NCBI GenBank assembly: GCA_003151625.1
Contig: PLYC01000020.1
Span: forward strand, 28,981 to 92,980
From: Candidatus Doudnabacteria bacterium
GTDB taxonomy: Bacteria; Patescibacteriota; Doudnabacteria; UBA920
Direction: 5' to 3'
DNA length: 64,000 bases
Positions 39,088 through 47,054 of the stretch are shown here, one piece after another (within the stretch, counting starts at the first letter, position 1; each line of letters opens with the position of its first letter). A model generated the notes under the pieces. The model was given only the letters and a program-made list of their open reading frames with translations. It was not told the origin of the DNA and made no database searches. The translations under genes were made by a program, and so were the position numbers.

Positions 39088-40833
39088 ATGGACTCGTTAA
39101 CTTACTTTAAACTCGCAAATTCATTGCCCGAATTAAATCCCGGAGATTTTTCCCAGAAAATTAAAGTTAATTTGCTGACTAATTTTACCGATGACATTCT
39201 TGCAAAAATGCTCACCGGCGCTTTTATAAATGTAGGAATTTATCCGGAATTTTTTAAAGTCCCTTATAAGCAGTATGTGGTTTATTTAAAGAATAAAGAT
39301 AGTAAATTATTTTCCGCTCCGGCGCAGGTCACTTATATTTTTTTTGACATTAGTTCGTATATGCCTTCGGAATTGGCGGCACAGAGCGGCGAGGAATTTC
39401 CAGGTTTGTTGGAAGACATCAAGGATTATTGCCAAAAACAACAGGGGATTGTGGTCATGAATAGTTTTATTAGGCCATATGTAAGTGCTTATGGGAACTT
39501 ATATGGGGACAACCCATTATTTAATTTGGTTGGTAGTTTTAATGACCGGTTACAGAAGCTCGCTGCGGAGTTACCAAATTTTTACGTTTTTGATACAAAT
39601 CAGCTTATCCATTCAGTGGGGGAGGATAGTGCCCGCGACATGCGGGGCATGTATGCTTTTGACATACCCTTCAAAACGGATTTTTTTGAGCAACTGACAA
39701 GGCACTGGATAAATTACGCCTTAAATTTGTTGGGAAGGGTGAAAAAATGCATAGTTCTGGATTTGGATAACGTGCTCTGGGGAGGAGTTTTGGGCGAGGT
39801 TGGTGTTGATGGAATTGCCTTGGGTCCTACTTATCCGGGCGTTGCTTTCCAGAATTTTCAGCGTGCCCTATTGGAATATTATGAGCGGGGTGTTTTACTC
39901 GCCATAAACAGCCGTAACAATGAGCGGGATGTGGAGGAGGTTTTTAGCCAGCATCCTTATATGCTGCTTAAGCCTCAGCATTTTGCGGCTTCCAGGATAA
40001 ACTGGAAAAATAAGGCGGATAATTTTTTGGAAATCGCCAAGGAATTGAATTTAGGATTGGACAGTATGGTTTTTTTGGATGACGATCCGGTAAACCGGGA
40101 TTGGGTCCGGCAAAATGTCGGCCAGGTTTTAGTGCCGGAATTCAGTCTGGAGCCCGAGTATTATTCCAAAACCTTGCATGACCTGCCGGTATTCACGCCT
40201 TTTAACCTGACTGCGGAAGATAAATTAAAAGGGCAAATGTATTCGCAGGAGAAGCGAAGGACGTCGGCGCAGGCCGCCTCGCAGACTTTTGATGACTACC
40301 TGAAGCAGCTATTGGTCAAATTGGAGATCTCACTTAATAACGCATCGCAGATTCCCAGACTATCGCAAATGACTTTAAAGACCAATCAGTTTAATTTTAC
40401 CACCAAAAGATATACGGAAAAGGACATTGAAAAATTAATGCAGGAGGGTTTGGTTTTTGCCGCCGATATTTCCGACAAATTTGGCGGTTACGGGATAACG
40501 GCTTTGGCCATTATCACCAAAGATCCCGGCAAAGAAGGCGGCGCGATTTTGGATTCCTTTTTGTTAAGTTGTCGCGTGCTCGGCAGAGGCGTGGAACGTT
40601 CTTTTTTTGATTTTCTAATCGGACAAGCATTCGCCGCCGGTTTTAAGGTTTTGAGTGTGCCCTTTTTTGCTTCTGCAAAAAACGTCCCGGCAAGAGAGTT
40701 TTTAGACAAGTTGGGGTTGTCTGTTGAGTTGGAAACTAACGAAAGCCTTATCCGCCGTGTCGTTATTCCGGAATATTTGTCCAACTTGGCCGAGCCGGAA
40801 TCTATAACCATTAATTATGAAAAAAAGATATGA
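39088..40833 (+). CDS. fkbH: FkbH-like HAD-IIIC glyceryl transferase/phosphatase
   Basis: KCIVLDLDNVLWGG, INWKNK, FLDDDP, KTNQFN, DKFG.YG, LLSCRVLGRGVE (acyl-accepting Cys). Confidence 0.92.
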   Translation: MDSLTYFKLANSLPELNPGDFSQKIKVNLLTNFTDDILAKMLTGAFINVGIYPEFFKVPYKQYVVYLKNKDSKLFSAPAQVTYIFFDISSYMPSELAAQSGEEFPGLLEDIKDYCQKQQGIVVMNSFIRPYVSAYGNLYGDNPLFNLVGSFNDRLQKLAAELPNFYVFDTNQLIHSVGEDSARDMRGMYAFDIPFKTDFFEQLTRHWINYALNLLGRVKKCIVLDLDNVLWGGVLGEVGVDGIALGPTYPGVAFQNFQRALLEYYERGVLLAINSRNNERDVEEVFSQHPYMLLKPQHFAASRINWKNKADNFLEIAKELNLGLDSMVFLDDDPVNRDWVRQNVGQVLVPEFSLEPEYYSKTLHDLPVFTPFNLTAEDKLKGQMYSQEKRRTSAQAASQTFDDYLKQLLVKLEISLNNASQIPRLSQMTLKTNQFNFTTKRYTEKDIEKLMQEGLVFAADISDKFGGYGITALAIITKDPGKEGGAILDSFLLSCRVLGRGVERSFFDFLIGQAFAAGFKVLSVPFFASAKNVPAREFLDKLGLSVELETNESLIRRVVIPEYLSNLAEPESITINYEKKI

Positions 40834-41066
40834 GCAAATTGTCCAAAATTTTTTCCTCTGTTTTGAACATTGATGAAAGCAAAATCGTTCCCGAACTTTC
40901 CCCTCAAAACACTTCGTCTTGGGATTCCCTCAACGCCATAATTTTGATTACAGAAATTGAAAAAGTTTTTAATATAAAGTTTAATTATGATGAAGCCATG
41001 GATGTAAAAAATTATAACGACGTTTTAGTCCTGGTTAAGGCAAAAGGGGGAGACACTAATGCCTAA
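40830..41066 (+). CDS. Acyl carrier protein
   Basis: 78 aa, WDSL phosphopantetheine Ser, IEKVFNIKF. Confidence 0.9.
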   Translation: MSKLSKIFSSVLNIDESKIVPELSPQNTSSWDSLNAIILITEIEKVFNIKFNYDEAMDVKNYNDVLVLVKAKGGDTNA

Positions 41067-41490
41067 AGCCTCGATAGCAATCACTTTTGCTCAACTGCGG
41101 GTGGGAGATGTGGCGGGTTTTGCACAAAAATTTTCGCCAAAGATGGTCGCCGGTTTTGCCAAACTGTCGGGTAATTATAACCCGCTTCATACCGACCCCG
41201 TTTTTGCCGCGAAAACGGAATTTAAAAAACCAATTGCCTATGGCATGCAGGCGGGCGCGCTTTTTTCCCGATTGCTCGGAATGTATTTACCCGGCAAATA
41301 CGGAATATGCCTGTCACAAACTTTGTCTTTCCATAAACCCATTTATTTTAACACCAAAGTTTCAGTGGAAGGCAAAGTTTTGCAAAAGGTAGAAAGCCTG
41401 CATTTGGCTAAAATTGAAACTAAAATATTTAACTCGGCCGATAATGAGTTATTGGTTTCCGGAGAGGCCTTGGTAAAATTGCTTAAATGA
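41059..41490 (+). CDS. MaoC/PhaJ-like hot-dog-fold dehydratase (catalytic Asp position is Asn)
   Basis: FAKLSGNYNPLH, IAYGM, LPG, F.KP. Confidence 0.85.
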   Translation: MPKASIAITFAQLRVGDVAGFAQKFSPKMVAGFAKLSGNYNPLHTDPVFAAKTEFKKPIAYGMQAGALFSRLLGMYLPGKYGICLSQTLSFHKPIYFNTKVSVEGKVLQKVESLHLAKIETKIFNSADNELLVSGEALVKLLK

Positions 41491-42974
41491 CTTTTAACTC
41501 TCCCCAGTTTGTACTTTTTTTTATCGCGGTAGCGACTGCCTATTTTTTGATGCCCTACCGTTTTCGCTGGCTGCTGCTGCTGGGGGCCAGTTGCTATTTT
41601 TACATGGCGTTTATTCCGGCCTACGTCCTAATATTATTGGCTATGGTTGTAATAGACTATTTTGCAGGAATATTTATTGAAAAAAGTAGCGGCCACAGAA
41701 GAAAGTTTTTTTTAATTTTAAGTATATGTTCCAATATTGGAATTTTGGCATTTTTTAAGTATTTTAATTTTTTTTCCGTTAACCTCACCGTTTTAGCCCG
41801 ATTCTTGGACTGGAATTATAGTCTTCCGCTTCTGTCTTTGGCTCTTCCGTTGGGTTTGTCATTCCATACTTTTCAAGCTTTGAGCTACACTATTGAAGTC
41901 TATCGCGGCAAGCATAAAGCCGAGCGGCATTTTGGCATTTATGCCCTATATGTCATGTTCTTCCCCCAACTGGTGGCTGGACCAATTGAGAGGCCTCAGC
42001 ATTTATTGCCTCAACTCCACCAAAATCACGATTTTGATTACGAACGGGTTACCACCGGTTTAAAACGCATGGCTTGGGGATTTTTTAAAAAAATGGTAGT
42101 GGCAGACCATCTCGCGATTATGGTTAATATTGTTTACGGCAACCCCCAAAAGTTTTCCGGCCCGGCTTTAATTTTAGCCACTGTCTTTTTCGCTTTCCAG
42201 CTTTACTCCGACTTTTCCGCTTACACGGATATTGCCTTGGGTTCCGCCCAAGTGCTCGGAATAAAACTGGTGGAAAATTTTGAAAGGCCGTTCTTTTCCA
42301 AATCCATTGCCGAGTTTTGGCGCCGCTGGCACATCTCCCTGTCGACTTGGTTCAGGGATTATGTTTTTTATCCGTTGGCTTTTGGTTCCAAAAATACCAC
42401 GCGCCTGAAATTATACTTTGCCATTATGGCCACCTTCCTCCTAAGCGGCCTCTGGCACGGGGCCGGCTGGACTTACGTGGTAATGGGCGGCCTGTACGGA
42501 TTTTTTATTTGTTTTTCCCAGGCCACCAAAGCTTATCGGGACAGTATTATTCATTTTTTTAGACTGGACCGCGCCCCGGCGTTATTGCGGTTGTTGCGGG
42601 TTGGCACGACTTTTGTTTTGGCTTGCATAGCCTGGATTTTTTTTCGCGCGGTAAATTTAACGGATGCCTGGTACATCCTATTCCATTTGGGTTCGGGGCT
42701 GGGTTCTTTTTTGGACCGGTTTTACAGTTATTATGTCTGGAAAAATCTTCTTTCTCTAAATGGTGCAATGACAGACAGGAAAACAATAATAGTTTGTCTT
42801 TTGGGGATAGCGGTAATTATGCTTTCGGAGTTGCTCCAGCGGCAGGCTTCCTTATGGCAGTGGCTGCCTGCGCAACCAGCTTATGCCAGATGGCCTTTGT
42901 ATTACTTAGTCGTGGGTTCTATTTTGTTGTTTGGCGTGTTCGGCGCGAAGCAGTTTATTTATTTCCAATTCTGA
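41487..42974 (+). CDS. MBOAT O-acyltransferase (AlgI/DltB-like), copy 2
   Basis: Same motif set as 21658..23118 (MTFNS start, GLWHGA, FIYFQF end). Confidence 0.93.
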   Translation: MTFNSPQFVLFFIAVATAYFLMPYRFRWLLLLGASCYFYMAFIPAYVLILLAMVVIDYFAGIFIEKSSGHRRKFFLILSICSNIGILAFFKYFNFFSVNLTVLARFLDWNYSLPLLSLALPLGLSFHTFQALSYTIEVYRGKHKAERHFGIYALYVMFFPQLVAGPIERPQHLLPQLHQNHDFDYERVTTGLKRMAWGFFKKMVVADHLAIMVNIVYGNPQKFSGPALILATVFFAFQLYSDFSAYTDIALGSAQVLGIKLVENFERPFFSKSIAEFWRRWHISLSTWFRDYVFYPLAFGSKNTTRLKLYFAIMATFLLSGLWHGAGWTYVVMGGLYGFFICFSQATKAYRDSIIHFFRLDRAPALLRLLRVGTTFVLACIAWIFFRAVNLTDAWYILFHLGSGLGSFLDRFYSYYVWKNLLSLNGAMTDRKTIIVCLLGIAVIMLSELLQRQASLWQWLPAQPAYARWPLYYLVVGSILLFGVFGAKQFIYFQF

Positions 42975-42980
42975 GGTATT

Positions 42981-44117
42981 ATGAAAAGATTCTTTTTAAA
43001 AGTTTTTGCCTTGTGTCTGCCTTTTATTTTGCTTTTGGCTTTTCCTCTGCTCGTCCAGCTTAAGTCCGGAGAGCTTTTATCCGCTCAGGATGTAATTAAG
43101 CAACAAATTTCAAAACAGCGGCAAGTATTATACGGACCCGCCTACAGCAATCAGAACGATTATTATAAGCTAACAATGGCCAGCCGGTTGAAACCGGAAA
43201 TTTTGGCTTTAGGGGATTCTAAAGTTTTGGGGTTTAGGGCCGGGTTTTTTAAACAGCCCGGACAGTTTTATAATGCCAACTCCGTAATTTACGCGCCGAA
43301 CGAATTTAAAGATTTTGTTTCCGCGTTGCCTCAAAAGCCAAAGCTATTGATTATCAATATCGATCCGGTTGAATACGATCCCGGTCTCCCAACCAGCACA
43401 AGCGACATTACTAAGCAGTTTACGGTCGGATCGGTTTGGGACAACGACACTAACATTTTTTTTAACAGCTTTTTGTCGGTTTATACCGATTATTTCAAAA
43501 ATAAATTTTCCCTGCGGCAGCTGTTCCAAAACCAGGGAGTGAAAAAAATTGGCTTGACTGCGTTAATAAACGGACAGGGAATAAGGAATGACGGTAGTTA
43601 CTATTTCGGGTCGGATTCGGCAGACCCAACCCATGCCGGCAACATTAGCCGCGTGGCTCACATAGTAGATTTTGTTCAGCACAACGGAGGCAGTCCCAGT
43701 GGCAATAATTTTTCCGAAGCCGGTGTATTGCAGCTGGAAGACTTCTTTAATTATTGTCAGAAAAATAATATTTACGTTATCGGCTACATCTCGCCCCAAC
43801 CGCATGCGGTCGTAGAAGCATATAAAAATAATCCGGTTTACGCTTATATGTTTTTGACGGATTCAAAAATCAGGCCGCTGTTTGAAAAATTTCATTTTGG
43901 GTTTTTCAACTATTTTGACTTAGCATCGCTCAGCGCGCCGGACTCCGAATCGTACGACGGTTATCACATTACTGAAAAAGCCACCCTGCGAATACTTATT
44001 AAAATGGCCCAGCAAGATCCGGTTTTGCAGCAGCAGGTCGATTTGAAATTCTTGCAGAAAACTCTGGCTGAAGCAAAGGGGCAGAACGATGTTTTAGCGG
44101 ATCCTGCCGCCAATTAG
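42981..44117 (+). CDS. Membrane-anchored SGNH/DltD-like acyl-transfer partner
   Basis: N-terminal TM, LGDSK, YDGYH (DxxH); directly after MBOAT. Confidence 0.7.
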   Translation: MKRFFLKVFALCLPFILLLAFPLLVQLKSGELLSAQDVIKQQISKQRQVLYGPAYSNQNDYYKLTMASRLKPEILALGDSKVLGFRAGFFKQPGQFYNANSVIYAPNEFKDFVSALPQKPKLLIINIDPVEYDPGLPTSTSDITKQFTVGSVWDNDTNIFFNSFLSVYTDYFKNKFSLRQLFQNQGVKKIGLTALINGQGIRNDGSYYFGSDSADPTHAGNISRVAHIVDFVQHNGGSPSGNNFSEAGVLQLEDFFNYCQKNNIYVIGYISPQPHAVVEAYKNNPVYAYMFLTDSKIRPLFEKFHFGFFNYFDLASLSAPDSESYDGYHITEKATLRILIKMAQQDPVLQQQVDLKFLQKTLAEAKGQNDVLADPAAN

Positions 44118-44186
44118 AGCCCTTTGTTTCGGGATTTAAAATTGCCTGTCGTTCTGTTCGTCTGATTAATCATTTAAATCAAATCT

Positions 44187-44996
44187 ATGCCCAAAGTTTC
44201 CATAATAATGTCAACCTATAACGACGCCGAGTTTTTGCCTGAGGCCATGCAAAGCGTTTTGGGGCAGAGTTTTAATGACTTTGAATTTTTAATAGTTGAC
44301 GATAATTCTTCAGATACAACAAAAAATATTCTGGCAGATTATCAGGTTAAAGACCCCAGGATTATTTTTTGGAGCAACCCTGTTAACCAAGGCTTGACCA
44401 AAAATTTAAATGCCGCCCTGGCTAAGGCCAGGGGAGAATTTATGGCTCGCCTGGACAGTGATGACGCCTGGTTGGATAAAAATAAGCTTAAAAAACAATT
44501 GGACTTTCTGGACAAGAATCCAAATTATTGTTTAGTTGGCTGTTGGGCGGAGGTATGCGGCCCAAAGAACAAGAAACTTTATGACTTAAAATATCCTGCC
44601 GGGGACGGGGAGATCCGCGAACAGTTACTGGTTAGGAATTGTTTTGTTCACAGCGGTATTTTGGCCAGGACAAACGCTGTTAAAGAAGCGGGTGTTTACG
44701 GCGCAGGCCGTCAATATATAGAGGATTACGCACTATGGCTGGAGCTTGGAAAGAGGTATAAGTTTGGCAATATTCCGGAGATTATGGTAAGCTACCGCGT
44801 GAATGATTTGGGCATAACCCGGACAAAAAATAAAGAACAAATTAAAGCGGTACTGTCTTTAATTAAGGAATACCGCAATGCCTACCCTAACTATGCTTTG
44901 GCATTACTTAAGTGGTCTTTACAATACGCCTTAAGTTTTGTAGGCTTAACAGGAAGAGTAAATGTCTTAAAAAAAATCTTTAAGAAAGAGATCTAA
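44187..44996 (+). CDS. Glycosyltransferase family 2
   Basis: VSIIMSTYN, VDDNSSD, ARLDSDD, EDYALW. Confidence 0.92.
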   Translation: MPKVSIIMSTYNDAEFLPEAMQSVLGQSFNDFEFLIVDDNSSDTTKNILADYQVKDPRIIFWSNPVNQGLTKNLNAALAKARGEFMARLDSDDAWLDKNKLKKQLDFLDKNPNYCLVGCWAEVCGPKNKKLYDLKYPAGDGEIREQLLVRNCFVHSGILARTNAVKEAGVYGAGRQYIEDYALWLELGKRYKFGNIPEIMVSYRVNDLGITRTKNKEQIKAVLSLIKEYRNAYPNYALALLKWSLQYALSFVGLTGRVNVLKKIFKKEI

Positions 44997-46303
44997 TGCA
45001 GGGAAGCAAGGGGCTAATAAAATTTTGGTTAATTTTTGTGCCGGTGACGGCGTTGTTTTATGTTGGCCTATGGCTGTCGATAATTTTTAGATACCAGGAC
45101 ACCCTGGGGCACGCTTCGACCGCACAGCTATTGCAAACATTCAGCTATATTTTTTTGCTGTGGCTGGTTGTGTTTTTTATTCACGGCCTGTTTGAGGTCG
45201 GGGTGTTTCGTCGTTATACCGGAATGGTGTTTAGTTTGGCCTCGGCTATGGCAGTCAATGTTCTTATCGCGGTTATTTATTTTTACTTCCAACCCAACCT
45301 AATTCTTACCCCGAGGCGTTTTTTGCTTATTGATGTAATTATAACTTTTATTTTGCTGCTCGTTTGGTATTTATTAATGAAGTATTTTTTGCAAAATAAG
45401 CTGGTGGAAGGAATTTATATTTTTTCTTTTGACGGAGAGCTGTGGGAATTGGAGAAAGAAATATTGGCACACGGTTATTTGGGGTATAAAGTTTTAGGCC
45501 GTCTTACAGGAGGTTCTCTGGGTGAGGCTAAGGTTGAAAAAAATTCCATTATTATTCTGCCCGATAATTTGCATTCTACTCCTCAGGTCAGCGAACAGCT
45601 TTACCGTTTAAGGACGAGCGGGGTAATATTTTACAATCATAAGGATTTTTACGAACTGCTTCTCCGCCGGATTTATCTTTCCGATTTAAACGAGTTGTGG
45701 TTTTTGGAAAATATCGATTACCAGGAAAAAAGGTTTTACAATATCGGCAAAAGGATTGTGGATATAGCGCTGGGTTTTATTGGCATATTTTTTTTCCTTC
45801 TTAGCTATCCTTTCTGCGCATTGGCCATTAAGCTAAACAGCGCGGGGCCGACTTTATTTGTGCAGGAGCGGGTGGGCAAGCAGGGGAAACTGTTTAAGGT
45901 ATATAAATATAGAAGCATGAGCGGCGGATCGACCAATACCTGGACGCAGGTGGACGACCCCAGAATTACCCGAGCGGGAAAATTTTTGCGCAAAAGCAGA
46001 ATAGACGAATGGCCGCAGTTTATTAACCTTCTGCTCGGACATATTAGTTTGGTCGGGCCGCGTCCAGAACAACCGCATATTGTTGAACAGTTAAAAACCC
46101 AAATTCCGTTTTACGACGAAAGGCATCTTGTAAAACCCGGCATTACCGGTTGGGCACAGCTCAACATTTACGCCGGAAGCCTGGAAGAAAGCAAACTCAA
46201 ACTCCAATACGACCTTTACTACATTAAGCACCGCAGTTTTCTGTTTGATTTGGAAATAATTCTTAAGACAATTTATTACATATTCACGTGGCAAGGACGA
46301 TAA
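44996..46303 (+). CDS. Initiating polyprenyl-phosphate sugar-1-phosphate transferase (WcaJ/WbaP-like)
   Basis: KRIVDI, FKVYKYRSM, DPRITRAGKFLRKSRIDEWPQ, SLVGPRPE, VKPGITGWAQ, YDLYYI. Confidence 0.93.
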   Translation: MQGSKGLIKFWLIFVPVTALFYVGLWLSIIFRYQDTLGHASTAQLLQTFSYIFLLWLVVFFIHGLFEVGVFRRYTGMVFSLASAMAVNVLIAVIYFYFQPNLILTPRRFLLIDVIITFILLLVWYLLMKYFLQNKLVEGIYIFSFDGELWELEKEILAHGYLGYKVLGRLTGGSLGEAKVEKNSIIILPDNLHSTPQVSEQLYRLRTSGVIFYNHKDFYELLLRRIYLSDLNELWFLENIDYQEKRFYNIGKRIVDIALGFIGIFFFLLSYPFCALAIKLNSAGPTLFVQERVGKQGKLFKVYKYRSMSGGSTNTWTQVDDPRITRAGKFLRKSRIDEWPQFINLLLGHISLVGPRPEQPHIVEQLKTQIPFYDERHLVKPGITGWAQLNIYAGSLEESKLKLQYDLYYIKHRSFLFDLEIILKTIYYIFTWQGR

Positions 46304-46404
46304 TTAAATATATCTGTGTAAAACTTTCTTAAACACAAGCAAAATATCAGCTTTTTGCTTATTTGACGGCAGTTTTTAAAAAGGTATAATTTAAATAGTG
46401 GGTT

Positions 46405-46565
46405 AAAATAAAGGTTCCTCGCAGCATAACTGACGAGGTATTACTGCAAGGGAACAAACTATCATTTCGGAGCAAAGCTCCGAGGTATTGAACCTGTATT
46501 AGCTCCTCGGCTCGGAGATAAACAAGCAAGCTTGTTTATCTCTCTCGCCCTACGTCGCGAATAAA
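46405..46565 (+). repeat. Dispersed structured element, copy B (duplicated 5' module)
   Basis: 32-nt core 46485-46516 identical to copy A; 13-nt perfect arms 46515-46542. Confidence 0.85.
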
Positions 46566-46692
46566 ACCATTTTTAAACAAAATAACATTAACCAAAAGAC
46601 GTCCCAGAGCCGCCCCCAGGCGGTTTTAATTTTAAAATAATTAACCTCCCAAAATTTCTTTTAGAAGTTTAGGTGGGTAAAGAACAAAATTT

Positions 46693-47049
46693 ATGACAAA
46701 AATGCAAAAAGTTTGGTTAGGCATATTCCTGGCAATGTTCATCGTGCCAGAGGTGCTGTGGAGTCCAATATATAAATTTTGGTATAGCTTAAAAAATCCA
46801 ACCATTGGCGGGAATTATGCAATTATTAGACAAAATATTTTGGATAACAGCGGAAATGCTGGTCTATGGAGCAATTTGCTTTTACTGCAATTTTTCGGAC
46901 TAGCTTTTGCAGCAATCTATTTGGTAGTTATCAGAAAATCTATTACCCATAAATGGGTTGCTTGGTTGTTCTCTTTGATTTTCATGTTAGCTGGGTTGTA
47001 TGTTTTGTGGACGTATGCGCTATCAACAATAAGTATTAAGATTTTATAA
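46693..47049 (+). CDS. Small membrane protein (about 3 TM)
   Basis: Hydrophobic ORF ending 5 nt before the lipase ATG. Confidence 0.7.
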   Translation: MTKMQKVWLGIFLAMFIVPEVLWSPIYKFWYSLKNPTIGGNYAIIRQNILDNSGNAGLWSNLLLLQFFGLAFAAIYLVVIRKSITHKWVAWLFSLIFMLAGLYVLWTYALSTISIKIL

Positions 47050-47054
47050 ATGTT

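Noticed and set aside
38749-41490. Fatty-acid or polyketide synthase cluster
   Set aside because: No ketosynthase, malonyl transferase or condensation domain in the window; context is MBOAT and glycan genes
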